Shown: positions 10,513-20,640, counted from the stretch's first letter. The stretch: DNA of 64,000 nucleotides from an uncultured virus (IMG/VR IMGVR_UViG_3300008050_000020) (IMGVR_UViG_3300008050_000020); one strand, 5' to 3'. The notes: a model not told the origin generated them from the letters alone. Program-made: numbers and translations.

Positions 10513-12867
10513 GTGTCCCTAGTCAGACTCACAGAAGATCTTTTCGAGAAGTTCACGCTGGTTACAAACCCGCGACGAACTTTTATCTCGTCATCGCTTG
10601 GAACGACCGGATCAGTCTATTTGAAGGCTCGGACGTCTACGAGTGTCAAAGAAGTCGAAGAGCTTGGCACGTTCCTGACGTCCTCATTTTCTGAGGGCGA
10701 CATTGAAACATTGACAAGTCAGCTATCTGAGGCTCTGTCTTCATCGATTGCGTCGGGCGGCGGAGATGTTAGTGTTACGGCGCAGCTGTACCTCGACGGA
10801 GTGAATGACGCTGCTGAGTCGGCGCTCAATGCAAAGCAGCTTACAGTTGCTCGCTTCACACCCCCGACAGACTTTGCTCGAGAGACACTGAAGAAGTCAG
10901 CAATCTTGAATGCGCAGATGCCATTCTATCGACCGCGGTACCCGGAGGCGCAGTTTGCCTTCACGAATTATCACTGCCTCAACTTCTTTACTGCATCATC
11001 AGTTCCTAATAGCTCTGCTCTGATCTACCCAAACTCGGCGTCAAACGACCCGCTGGGAGCCAGAACTCGCCCTTACAATCCGTCGGGCTCATTCACGATT
11101 GATTTCTACATCAATCCGCGCTACACTTCAATTGACGAAGCTGACGAGTTCCATGCAGGAACAATTCTACACCTCTCATCGACGTATTGTGTCTCTCTGG
11201 TCACTGGAAGCAACGTTCATGTAACTGGTAAGCCCCGAGGCTTCCGTCTGCTCCTTCAGCTGTCTCATTCAGCAGACACAGCACCGTCAGATATTAATCT
11301 GGCAACTGCGAACAATGCAAGGGCATTCCCAGATGACCTCACTTTTGTGTCATCTGACAACTCACTTCTGCAAAATCGCTGGCATCATGTCTCAATTCGA
11401 TGGGGCACAACGACCACCAATAGCGGCACTGGCTCCTTCGTCATTGACGGAACGACCAAAGGACGCTTTAACGTCCCATCTGCTTCCATCAGTTCTACTG
11501 CAGGATCAGATGGGATCGTTGTTGGTAACTTCTTCGACGGTCCATCAGCTGGACTTGCGCAACTCTTTAATGCCACAGCAGCTACCACTGAGGGCGTGAC
11601 ACAGCTCTCAGCTGGAACAACTGACCCGACTCTCTTCGGGTTCTCTCACCCACTTAATGCTGAAGTGCACGATCTCAAGGTCTTTAAGGAGTATCGGGCA
11701 ACAAACGAGATGCTCACATCATCAATGAGAGGACCCGAAGATCTGTCTGATCTCCTCTTTTATGTGCCGCCATTCTTCGTTCGCGAGTCTCGGTCAAGGA
11801 CGATCCCTGTCTCGCCCTTTTACACACGAACAGGAGAGACGTACGACTCCTTCAATGTGGACTACTCGATGGGCGTGGGCGGACATCTGGTCAATCTTGA
11901 GAACTACACTCGTGAGTTTGTCAAGGGCGAGTACCCGAGACTCTTTCAGCTGACAGCCTCTACTGTAGCAGGAACTCTCGAAGCTTCATTGTCGGCTAAT
12001 GACTACTTGATGGCAACTGGCTCAATCAAGAAGAGAAATCTAACGATTCTCCCTTGCGACAACGGTCTTTTTGTCCCGAACTTCGACCTGCTAGCATCAG
12101 GAACACTCCGAGATCTTCCCAGTTCGGGCACGGCGACCGAGAAGTTCGTGTCGGATTTCGGAGCTTACAACAATCGCCTCATCACTCTCCGAAACCTGAT
12201 CTCGACGTCTTCTTTGCGGGACGCAACCTCAGGCGCGTTCGATGCTGAGGTTGAAGGCCCAAATCCCGAAGCACTAGACGCTGCACCCGCAGACGTCCTT
12301 GCAATCTTCCAAAGGACCAGAGATAATACGTCAAATCAGGTTGTGTTCTTCGATGTGTCTAACATCCTCTATGGTCGACGAATTCTTCCAGGGACATTGT
12401 ACATCCGAGATCAGGATCTTACTGGCTCCGATGCGAAGGTTGATATCACGCTGAAGGACAACGGAAACGGAAGCCTCTATCGAGCTGACTCTGACACTCC
12501 GCATGCCGAATGGGCGTCAGTGGGCAACGTCTTCTACAATGAAGGCATCGTCCTTGTCAAGTCTCCAAATCTGCCGCTCTTCGGAAAAGACTATCACTCT
12601 TTGGACTTTCAGGGTGAATCACAAATTCACGTCATGCGAATCAATGTTCCGTGCCCAGCAGGTAACGTCAATTCGTCGTCGAATCCAAGCTTCCAGCCCG
12701 TCTCGGCAACTCTAAACGCCAATGACTCCGATGCGTCATTCGTTTACATCACTGGCTTGGCGTTCCACGATGATAATCTCAACATCGTCATGCGGACGAA
12801 TCTAGCGCAGCCAGTCGCTAAGCGCACCGGAGACAAGTTCCTTTTCCGGCCCAAAATCGACTTCTGA
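10513..12867 (+). CDS. Putative virion structural protein with LamG/concanavalin-like domain
   Basis: SFTIDFYINP...NRWHHVSIRW...FVIDG is a LamG-like pattern. C-terminus NSSSNPSF...YITGLAFHDDNLNIVMRTNLAQP is paralogous to 9226-10479. Confidence 0.6.
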   Translation: MSLVRLTEDLFEKFTLVTNPRRTFISSSLGTTGSVYLKARTSTSVKEVEELGTFLTSSFSEGDIETLTSQLSEALSSSIASGGGDVSVTAQLYLDGVNDAAESALNAKQLTVARFTPPTDFARETLKKSAILNAQMPFYRPRYPEAQFAFTNYHCLNFFTASSVPNSSALIYPNSASNDPLGARTRPYNPSGSFTIDFYINPRYTSIDEADEFHAGTILHLSSTYCVSLVTGSNVHVTGKPRGFRLLLQLSHSADTAPSDINLATANNARAFPDDLTFVSSDNSLLQNRWHHVSIRWGTTTTNSGTGSFVIDGTTKGRFNVPSASISSTAGSDGIVVGNFFDGPSAGLAQLFNATAATTEGVTQLSAGTTDPTLFGFSHPLNAEVHDLKVFKEYRATNEMLTSSMRGPEDLSDLLFYVPPFFVRESRSRTIPVSPFYTRTGETYDSFNVDYSMGVGGHLVNLENYTREFVKGEYPRLFQLTASTVAGTLEASLSANDYLMATGSIKKRNLTILPCDNGLFVPNFDLLASGTLRDLPSSGTATEKFVSDFGAYNNRLITLRNLISTSSLRDATSGAFDAEVEGPNPEALDAAPADVLAIFQRTRDNTSNQVVFFDVSNILYGRRILPGTLYIRDQDLTGSDAKVDITLKDNGNGSLYRADSDTPHAEWASVGNVFYNEGIVLVKSPNLPLFGKDYHSLDFQGESQIHVMRINVPCPAGNVNSSSNPSFQPVSATLNANDSDASFVYITGLAFHDDNLNIVMRTNLAQPVAKRTGDKFLFRPKIDF

Positions 12868-12962
12868 TAATATACCCGCAGAGATATGGCCGGCCAACAG
12901 CAGACTGATTACGTCATGGCTGATTTTGCTGTATACTGGGATCAAGCAGCAAGAGGATAACG

Positions 12963-13559
12963 ATGCTCTATCGAGAAGACGAGCCCGTCATATTGGGGCT
13001 AGACGTTTCTACCTCGATTACCGGGTGGTCTCTGTTGGCTTTGGAGAGCGAAGACTTCTCACTTGGGTATCTACCCCTGGCGAGTTCTAAAGACCCATAC
13101 AGTAAGGCTGGCAAGGTCCGGAAGCTGCTCCAGAACCTCACACATGATCACAATATCTGTGCAGTGTTTGTAGAGCAGGATCTGCGTCGGTTTACTCGTG
13201 GTCTCTCATCGGCGCAGACAATTGCGACACTGGCACGATTCAATGGAGTTACTTGCCAGATTGCTTTTGAAGAGACAGGCATCAAGCCCATTTTGCTAAA
13301 TGTGAACGAAGCACGAAAGGCTGTCGGGATCAAGTACGATCGCAAGGACAAAACGAAGACTACAAAAGAGAAAGTCTTTGAGAAGGTTGATCAGATGATC
13401 ACATACGACTGGCCAATGAAGGTTTTGAAGAGCGGACCGAGAAAGGGGCTCTCAATTAAGCAGCCAGGATGCTTTGATATGGCAGACGCGTACGTCATCG
13501 CCGCAGCCGGCAAAATTTTACATCCAGCGCAATCAAGAATTGGTCTGTCGTCTACTTAG
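12963..13559 (+). CDS. ruvC: RuvC-like Holliday junction resolvase
   Basis: ILGLDVSTSITGW (catalytic D), VFVE, and C-terminal DMADAYVIA give the RuvC/RNase H-fold acidic residues. Confidence 0.8.
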   Translation: MLYREDEPVILGLDVSTSITGWSLLALESEDFSLGYLPLASSKDPYSKAGKVRKLLQNLTHDHNICAVFVEQDLRRFTRGLSSAQTIATLARFNGVTCQIAFEETGIKPILLNVNEARKAVGIKYDRKDKTKTTKEKVFEKVDQMITYDWPMKVLKSGPRKGLSIKQPGCFDMADAYVIAAAGKILHPAQSRIGLSST

Positions 13560-13573
13560 TCTAAGAGGGCTTA

Positions 13574-13825
13574 ATGAAACTGACCAGCCGACTCCTGAGA
13601 CAGATCATCAAAGAAGAGATTGTCGAATTCCCGTCAGCTGCAACTGCCAGTGACCGTTATTCATCTTTTCTTGAGAACATGAATGCTGCTGTCTCGGATC
13701 TAGAGTCGATCGAAAAGATCATGTCGCAAAAAGGATTTGATCTCAGTGACATCAGAATGCTTATCACGCAAGTCAAATCATCAAAAGATGATGAGACGCT
13801 TCGATATGATATCGAATCACTGTAA
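13574..13825 (+). CDS. Small protein with MKLT-leader motif
   Basis: MKLTSRLLRQIIKEEIVE N-terminus. Preceded by the TCTACTTA motif (13551-13558) and SD GAGG. Confidence 0.7.
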   Translation: MKLTSRLLRQIIKEEIVEFPSAATASDRYSSFLENMNAAVSDLESIEKIMSQKGFDLSDIRMLITQVKSSKDDETLRYDIESL

Positions 13826-13864
13826 CTTGTACCCTGATGAGGGTGTGCAGTAGACTTTTCCCGA

Positions 13865-14854
13865 ATGGGAAGCCGCCAAGACAAGCTTGCATTTCTCCGA
13901 CGGGTGTTTGGAGGAGTTTCACTCGCCAGTGACGGTGTGAACATCTCTGTTCGCTGTCCGAACTCCAAGTGCGGGAGTCAAAAGAAGGGCAAGCGAAAGC
14001 TTTCGATTCACATTGACAAGGACCAGTCGCATTGCTGGGTGTGTGGACTCAAGTCTCACAACACACTCGTGCCAATCCTTAGACGAATTTGCACTCCCAC
14101 AGAAGTCGCAGAGTACGTCAACAAATTTGCACCCAAGAGTGCTCGATTTCTGGGCGATGAGGGTGGATACGAGCCAGAAGAGCAACAGGTACATGTTCCC
14201 GAGGACTACCTGATTATCGCGCAGCATTTGGGCTCACGGGATCCTCGGATTAAGAGAGCAGTCAATTATCTCAAGCGCCGAGGGATTGGAGAATCTGAGC
14301 TCTGGCGCTTCAAGATCGGCATGTCCTCAGAGCCTCGCTTTGATAATCGGGTTATTGTCCCATCCTTCGACGAAGATGGGTATTTGAACACGTACGCCGC
14401 ACGAACATTTGACAAGCGCGGATGGCCGAATTACCTGATTCCCAAAGTGGACAGGATTGGCATCGTCTTCAACGAGCTCAATGTTGATTGGGGCAAAGAG
14501 ATCACTCTAGTAGAGGGTCCACTCGATCTAGTCAAGTGCGTCGGCAATGCCACATGTCTTCAGGGTTCTTCGCTCACCGAAGATCATCTGCTCTTTTGGA
14601 AGCTTGTCTCTAATCGAACTCCTGTAGTTATGGCGCTTGATGCAGACGCCACTCGCAAGTCAGTCAAGATTGCTAAGCTTCTTGCATCATACGACGTCCC
14701 TGTTCGGATTATGAATTTGGGATCGTTTGCTGACGTAGGCGAGATGGACCGAAAATCGTTCTTGGCTGCTCACAAAGCTGCTCGACCCTGGACAAGCATG
14801 GAAGGACTCAGAATGACTATCAATGCTTGGTCTCCGTCTAGCGGGTCAACATAG
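13865..14854 (+). CDS. DNA primase (Zn finger + Toprim)
   Basis: CPNSKC...HCWVC zinc-binding domain, YLKRRGI, RVIVPSFD, Toprim LVEGPLD and MALDADA (DxD). Confidence 0.88.
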   Translation: MGSRQDKLAFLRRVFGGVSLASDGVNISVRCPNSKCGSQKKGKRKLSIHIDKDQSHCWVCGLKSHNTLVPILRRICTPTEVAEYVNKFAPKSARFLGDEGGYEPEEQQVHVPEDYLIIAQHLGSRDPRIKRAVNYLKRRGIGESELWRFKIGMSSEPRFDNRVIVPSFDEDGYLNTYAARTFDKRGWPNYLIPKVDRIGIVFNELNVDWGKEITLVEGPLDLVKCVGNATCLQGSSLTEDHLLFWKLVSNRTPVVMALDADATRKSVKIAKLLASYDVPVRIMNLGSFADVGEMDRKSFLAAHKAARPWTSMEGLRMTINAWSPSSGST

Positions 14855-14994
14855 TTAAACACATGGTGATTGGACTAATCCCGCGACGAGAGAAAGTTGC
14901 AGTTGATTAGACCACCTTTGACCGCATCGGTCTTCCGCGTTAATACACTTGATCTCTGGGTCGTTAAGATGATCAGAGAGTAGAAAGAGATTAG

Positions 14995-15075
14995 ATGCCC
15001 AAGATTGCACGCAATTATTGCGAAGAGCGTGGTTGGGAATACTGTGTTATCTTCGAAGATGGCTTGGAGACCTAA
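14995..15075 (+). pseudogene. Remnant mini-ORF resembling the C-terminus of a TnsA/gp4-like endonuclease
   Basis: MPKIARNYCEERGWEYCVIFEDGLET*. A-x-x-YC-x-x-x-GW-x-Y/F is a typical TnsA/gp4-type tail. Its stop overlaps the next ATG (TAATG). Confidence 0.4.
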
Positions 15076-18000
15076 TGGGAGTTCGCATTGCGCACATTGC
15101 CGACATCCACTGGCGTGGAATGTCCCGGCACGATGAGTATCGCGCATCGTTTACAGCACTAGTCGAGCAGCTTGAAGAGCTTAAGCCTGACATGGTCGTC
15201 ATGGTGGGAGACATTTTCCACACCAAGACACAGGGCATCTCGCCTGAACTTATTGATTGCCTCACGTGGTTCTTCAGGATCTTTGCAGATCGCTGGCCCA
15301 CGCACGTAACACTGGGCAATCACGACGGGATCATGCTCAATTTAGATCGCCAGGATGCGATCTCACCGATCATCTCCGCAATGAATCACCCGAATCTGTT
15401 TCTGTACAAGGACAGCGGTGTTTTCCCAACGGGGCACGACGGATTCAACTGGTGCAACTTCTCCTGTTTCGACGAGAAGTCTTGGCCCAGGGTCAAGCCT
15501 GTTCCTGGCGATATCAACATTGCCCTCTTTCATGGTGCAGTCTGGGGATCAACGACTGATTCTGACTGGAAGCTAGAAGGAGATGTAGACACTAAGTTCT
15601 TCGACGACTTCGAGTACACTCTTCTGGGAGACATTCACAAAGTACAGTTCCTTCGTGATGACAAGAAGATTGCGTACTGTGGTTCGACTATTCAGCAGAA
15701 CTACGGTGAAGGTCCAGGTAAGGGATTCCTTCTGTGGGACATTCGAGGAAAGGATGACTTTGACGTCGAGTTCCATGAAGTTCCTCACACTATGCCCTTC
15801 ATTACAGTCGACTGGGCAGGCTCTGTTCCACTGACAATGGAAGAGGCAAGACTTTGCCCGAAGGGAGCAAGGTATCGCGTTCGTACACGTGAACCAATTC
15901 CGCACGCTGAGATCACCCAGATCAAGAATGAGCTGAAGATTGTCCAGGAGGCTGCTGAAGTTGTCTTTCAAGACAAGTACATGCCGGACACGAATCAGAT
16001 CACAGTCTTGGATGAGAACCTCCAGAAGTCTGATCTCCTCGATCCGGAGACACACATGCGCCTCCTTCAGGAGTACCTTGCTGGCGTTAAGCTCGAAGAC
16101 GAAGATTGGGAGCTCATTGAGGAGTTGGTCAGCCGATACGTCAAGACGATTGCAAGGGATGGTCCTACCAAGCGAAGCATGAAGTGGTCTGTCAAGAAGA
16201 TGGGATTCACTCACACGTTCGCGTATGGAAAGGACAATGTGATTGACTTCAGCAAGCTCGGAGGCATCACGGGAATCTTCGGGCGGAATCGTCGCGGAAA
16301 GTCATCAGTCATCGGCACGTTGGTTTACGGCCTGTTTAATACTACTGACCGAGGCGCAGTCAAGAACATTCACGTCATTAACGACCGGAAGGATTACTGT
16401 CGCGCGACGATTGACTTCACTTCGAATGGTGAACACCTCCAGGTTGACCGACAGTCAGTCAGGAAGAAGGACCGCAACGGCAAGGAGTCGGCGATCACCC
16501 ATCTCAATTTCTGGAAGCTTGACAGCGAAGGAAAGCCGATGATGGGTTCTGATGGAAAGCAGGCTGGCGATTTGAGTGGTGAACAGCGTCGACAGACTGA
16601 GAAGATCATTCGCGATCGCGTCGGTACTGCTGATGACTTCCTTCTTACGTCACTTGCAGCTCAGGGAGAGATGAACACCTTCATCAAGGACCGAGCTACT
16701 GCTCGAAAGTCAACCTTGACGAAGTTTATGGGACTTGACGTTTTTGAGAAGATGTCGGGCTTGATCAAGGAAGAGTCTTCGGACATCAAGTCTCAAGTGC
16801 GCAACGCACCAGATCGAGACTGGGATGCAACTGTTGCTGAGATGAAGATTGAGAGGAAGGCACTCCTGGTGAAGGGGAAGGCGCTCTCGAAGGTCCTCGC
16901 CGAGAAGCGAGGGCTTCTGCAATCTCATCGTCTACGTCTTTCTGGCTTTGACAATGCAGACGCAGTTACACCCGCCGATGTCCATCGAGCCGTGCGACAG
17001 TTGACAACCAGTCAGCGTCAACTAGAGCAAGCAGAGGCAACGCTCCGAGAATGTGAAGCTGCTGACAAATCATTGCAAACGAAGATTGAGAGAATCGACA
17101 ATCTTCGTATGAGTATTGATATCGATGCACTAAAGGGGCAACTCAGAGACATTCTAGAGTTCGAAGACAGCCTTCGCACTCTCAAGCATAGTCACGAGAG
17201 AGAGGCAGCAAAGCTCGAACGCCAGGAGAGGTCAGCTAAGATTCTTGAGACTGTCCCGTGTGGTGACCAGTTCTCAACATGCAAGTTCATCAAGAACTCT
17301 CATCGAGACAAGGAGCAAATTGCTGATCAGAAGCAGAACGTCACCGAGCTGATTTCTCAAGTAGCAGTCACACAGAGCTCACTCGACAAGTACAAGAAGG
17401 AAGAGTTGGAAGAGAGGATTCACAAGTTTGATACTCTCATCCAGAAGGGATCTAAGCTTCGTCTTGAAATCTCTTCCAAGCAGATGGAGACTACAGTAGC
17501 TCGCACAGAGATCTTGACTCTCACACATCAGATTGAGAGAGGCGAGGCAAATCTCGTTGATTTGAAGTCTCGAGTGGTTGATGACGAAGTTGACGCAGAG
17601 CTCTGCAGACTCAAGTCCGAGATTTCCGAGCTGCAGGACGAAGTTTCGAAGGTCGACGCCAATCGAATCTCAGTAGCTTCCAGGATTGGTCGTCTGGACG
17701 GCGACATGGACAACCTTGTCGAAGAGCGTGACAAGTATAAGGAGCTACGTCGAACTTGGCGAGTCTATGAGCATCTCACTCAGGCAGTTTCAAAAAGAGG
17801 CATCCCGCTCCAGATCATCAAGTCACAGCTTCCTGTCATCAACGCTGAGATCGCAAAGATCCTCCAAGAAGTGACGTCTTTTACGGTGGAGCTCGAGGCT
17901 GACTCAAACTCCAATGCAATGGACGTTTACATTGACTACGGCGATTCGAAGCGAATTATTGAGATGGCATCGGGAATGGAGAAGCTTGTTGCTTCACTGG

Positions 18001-18242
18001 CCATTCGCGTGGCGCTGATCAATATCTCTTCTCTTCCCAAGACTGACATGCTCATCATCGACGAAGGATTTGGGAGTCTTGATGATCTCAACGTCGAAGC
18101 AGTGAACCGAATGTTGGTGTCTTTGAAGAAGTGGTTCCGTCACATTCTAATCATCACACACGTTGACGGTGTGAAGGACGTAGTGGACAATGTGATTGAC
18201 ATCACATGGAACGGCAAGGACGCCAAGATCGTTTACGAGTGA
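15075..18242 (+). CDS. Fused Mre11/SbcD nuclease - Rad50/SbcC ATPase (gp47-gp46-like)
   Basis: N-terminal metallophosphoesterase motifs IADIH, VGDIFH, LGNHD, FHG, LGDIH. Then Walker A GRNRRGKSS, coiled coil with PCGDQFSTC, signature SGMEK, Walker B IIDEGFGSLD, IITH. Start placed at ATG 15075. Confidence 0.92.
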   Translation: MGVRIAHIADIHWRGMSRHDEYRASFTALVEQLEELKPDMVVMVGDIFHTKTQGISPELIDCLTWFFRIFADRWPTHVTLGNHDGIMLNLDRQDAISPIISAMNHPNLFLYKDSGVFPTGHDGFNWCNFSCFDEKSWPRVKPVPGDINIALFHGAVWGSTTDSDWKLEGDVDTKFFDDFEYTLLGDIHKVQFLRDDKKIAYCGSTIQQNYGEGPGKGFLLWDIRGKDDFDVEFHEVPHTMPFITVDWAGSVPLTMEEARLCPKGARYRVRTREPIPHAEITQIKNELKIVQEAAEVVFQDKYMPDTNQITVLDENLQKSDLLDPETHMRLLQEYLAGVKLEDEDWELIEELVSRYVKTIARDGPTKRSMKWSVKKMGFTHTFAYGKDNVIDFSKLGGITGIFGRNRRGKSSVIGTLVYGLFNTTDRGAVKNIHVINDRKDYCRATIDFTSNGEHLQVDRQSVRKKDRNGKESAITHLNFWKLDSEGKPMMGSDGKQAGDLSGEQRRQTEKIIRDRVGTADDFLLTSLAAQGEMNTFIKDRATARKSTLTKFMGLDVFEKMSGLIKEESSDIKSQVRNAPDRDWDATVAEMKIERKALLVKGKALSKVLAEKRGLLQSHRLRLSGFDNADAVTPADVHRAVRQLTTSQRQLEQAEATLRECEAADKSLQTKIERIDNLRMSIDIDALKGQLRDILEFEDSLRTLKHSHEREAAKLERQERSAKILETVPCGDQFSTCKFIKNSHRDKEQIADQKQNVTELISQVAVTQSSLDKYKKEELEERIHKFDTLIQKGSKLRLEISSKQMETTVARTEILTLTHQIERGEANLVDLKSRVVDDEVDAELCRLKSEISELQDEVSKVDANRISVASRIGRLDGDMDNLVEERDKYKELRRTWRVYEHLTQAVSKRGIPLQIIKSQLPVINAEIAKILQEVTSFTVELEADSNSNAMDVYIDYGDSKRIIEMASGMEKLVASLAIRVALINISSLPKTDMLIIDEGFGSLDDLNVEAVNRMLVSLKKWFRHILIITHVDGVKDVVDNVIDITWNGKDAKIVYE

Positions 18243-18354
18243 GCTGCCTGACATAGGATCGAGAGGTCAGGAGTGAAAGCTGACCTCTCCCTCAGAAATC
18301 TGGCGACCGATTAGCAGGTCGCGTAAATACCGACAGCATCCGGCTGGATTCGAT

Positions 18355-18597
18355 GTGATTGTTCCGACAGGAGAACAGTCCCACGTTCCGCTGGATTGTC
18401 CTGTTTGCAGAATCATCATGCGAGATGCAGATGATTCCCGTCTGTACAGAGAGTTTCAGTGTTGCTCTTGGTGTGCATCTCGATGGGCAGAGTCTCGGCG
18501 AAGCACGTGGATGGAGGGTTGGCGCCCTTCGCAAGATGACGTCGACCACGAGATTGCGAGGCGACAGTCTTCACCGATCAGACTTCCGATCGAGTGA
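18355..18597 (+). CDS. Small Cys-rich (zinc-binding) hypothetical protein
   Basis: CPVC...CCSWC...W...GWRP. Fills the gap before the late-promoter motif at 18601. Confidence 0.6.
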   Translation: MIVPTGEQSHVPLDCPVCRIIMRDADDSRLYREFQCCSWCASRWAESRRSTWMEGWRPSQDDVDHEIARRQSSPIRLPIE

Positions 18598-18600
18598 GGG

Positions 18601-18608
18601 GATACTTA
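18601..18608 (+). promoter_or_regulatory. Putative late promoter (GATACTTA)
   Basis: Motif upstream of SD AAGGAG and the head module. Confidence 0.6.
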
Positions 18609-18632
18609 CGTACTGCCGCTTAAGGAGCAACA

Positions 18633-19019
18633 ATGCTGACACTTGAAGAAGTTCGAGTTCTGGGAAACATCGCTAACTCGACCTGGGGACGTTCATCAAC
18701 CGCAAAGGCGCCCACGATGTCGCTTAAGTGCGAAATCATTGGAGGCGAAGCCTTGAAGGTTTCGTACGTTACGTTGGTGACATTCGCATCTGACCATGCT
18801 ATGAGCCAGCAGATGCCCGCTCTCGAGAACGAGGCTGTGCAGGTCACTGGGAAGTATCTAGCCGAGATCAAGAAGGAGTTCAAGGCTGAGATTGGCCATG
18901 CTCTTAAGACGAAGGTCAAGAACACTGTTCCTTCTGTTGAGATGGTCAGTTTGCAGCCTCACATCTCTCCCAAGCGTACTGCGTACTACCGCCACATTAC
19001 GTTCGTGGATCTCGGCTGA
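18633..19019 (+). CDS. Hypothetical protein upstream of terminase
   Basis: Strong SD (AAGGAG). Stop overlaps the terminase ATG. Confidence 0.75.
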   Translation: MLTLEEVRVLGNIANSTWGRSSTAKAPTMSLKCEIIGGEALKVSYVTLVTFASDHAMSQQMPALENEAVQVTGKYLAEIKKEFKAEIGHALKTKVKNTVPSVEMVSLQPHISPKRTAYYRHITFVDLG

Positions 19020-20629
19020 TGGCAGTTAATCGCGCTCAAGTGCAGGAGATTGTGAAGTGCGGGAAGAATCCCGACTACTTCTTCAACAGCTACTGCAAGA
19101 TTCAGCATCCAACGAAGGGTCTTATCCCGTTTAAGACGTTTCCCTTCCAGGATGACTGCGTCCAGGACTTCATTGAGCATCGTCTCAATGTTATTCTAAA
19201 AGCACGACAGCTTGGAATCTCAACTCTCGTCGCCGCTTACTGCACCTGGCTTGCTCTTTTTCAGAAGGATCAAAACCTTCTTATCATTGCTACGAAGCAG
19301 ACAGTTGCACAGAACATCATCAAGAAGGTCAAGGTTGTCCTGAACAATCTTCCACGCTGGCTTATTCTTCCGAAGATCATCGGGATGAACAAGCAGGAGG
19401 TGACGTTTAGCAACGGCTCAAGCATCAAGGCAATTCCAACGTCAGACGATGCGGGCCGCTCAGAAGCAATTTCGCTCCTCATCATCGATGAAGCCGCTTT
19501 CATTAAGAACTTCGACGACTTGTGGACAGGACTTTACCCGACGTTGAGCACAGGTGGCCGAGCCATTATTCTGTCAACTCCGAAGGGTGTGGGTGGCCAA
19601 TACCACAAACTTTACACTGATGCTGAGGCGGGACTTAACGAGTTCAACGACATCCGTCTACCATGGGATGTGCACCCAGAAAGAGATCAGGCTTGGTTCG
19701 AAAATGAGACCAAGAACTTCGCCAAGCGGAAGATTGCACAGGAGTACCTGTGTGACTTCCTAGCGTCAGGCGATACTATGCTCGACGGCGATGACATCGC
19801 CTGGATTGGTGCAATGGTCCAGCCACCGCGGTCCAAGTTCGCTCCTGATCGTAATGGATGGGCGTGGAAGGAACCACTGGCTTCTCACAACTACGTTATC
19901 TCAGCAGACGTTGCTCGAGGCGATGGAAAAGACTTTAGCACCTTCCATGTCATCGACACAACAGCCGGCGAGGTAGTTGCTGAGTACAAGGGAAAGCTGC
20001 CTCCTGACCGATTTGCTGATCTGATCTACGAGACGGGTCGACGGTACATGAATGCTCTTGCGGTTCCGGAGAACAATAGCTACGGCTACCATGTCTGTGG
20101 CAAGCTTAAAGACGCGGGTTACCCGAAGCTCTACTACCATGATGCTCGCAAGACGGCATACATTGGTGACTACATCCCGCCCCAGGATCTGTCCAAGGCA
20201 GGATTCCCCACGACAGCGAAGACTCGAAATCTAATCCTCGCCAAGATGGAAGAGGTCATTCGAAACAAGGGTCTTCGCATCTATTCCAGTCGATTCCACG
20301 ATGAGCTCAAGCAGTTCGTCTGGGAAAATGGCAAGGCGCAAGCCCAGCGCGGTGCTAATGATGACCTGGTCATTTCGTTCGCAATCGGAAATTGGTTCTA
20401 CGAGGGTAACGGTGACTACGGCAAGTACTCGAACGAATTGAACAGCGCAATGCTCGCTGGGATGGGTCTGACTCGCAAGGAGTATCAGGCCCCTGACGTT
20501 CGAGGCGCTGGTAAGCAACACTGGGATCCCTTCCTTCCCATTAAGCCTGGCACAGATACTCTGGCACCCGTTGATGACAAGACCCGTCGAGTCAGAAACG
20601 CTTCCAGAGATCTCAGCTGGCTCTTTTGA
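19019..20629 (+). CDS. gp17: Terminase large subunit (T4 gp17-like)
   Basis: KARQLGIST Walker A, LLIIDEAAF Walker B, STPKG coupling motif, nuclease ISADVARG and DDLVISFA. Confidence 0.95.
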   Translation: MAVNRAQVQEIVKCGKNPDYFFNSYCKIQHPTKGLIPFKTFPFQDDCVQDFIEHRLNVILKARQLGISTLVAAYCTWLALFQKDQNLLIIATKQTVAQNIIKKVKVVLNNLPRWLILPKIIGMNKQEVTFSNGSSIKAIPTSDDAGRSEAISLLIIDEAAFIKNFDDLWTGLYPTLSTGGRAIILSTPKGVGGQYHKLYTDAEAGLNEFNDIRLPWDVHPERDQAWFENETKNFAKRKIAQEYLCDFLASGDTMLDGDDIAWIGAMVQPPRSKFAPDRNGWAWKEPLASHNYVISADVARGDGKDFSTFHVIDTTAGEVVAEYKGKLPPDRFADLIYETGRRYMNALAVPENNSYGYHVCGKLKDAGYPKLYYHDARKTAYIGDYIPPQDLSKAGFPTTAKTRNLILAKMEEVIRNKGLRIYSSRFHDELKQFVWENGKAQAQRGANDDLVISFAIGNWFYEGNGDYGKYSNELNSAMLAGMGLTRKEYQAPDVRGAGKQHWDPFLPIKPGTDTLAPVDDKTRRVRNASRDLSWLF

Positions 20630-20640
20630 CTGAGTAAAGA

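Noticed and set aside
15018..15074. Upstream TTG start for the Mre11-Rad50 fusion
   Set aside because: ATG 15075 has an SD (GGAG) and places the first phosphoesterase motif at the usual N-terminal position.
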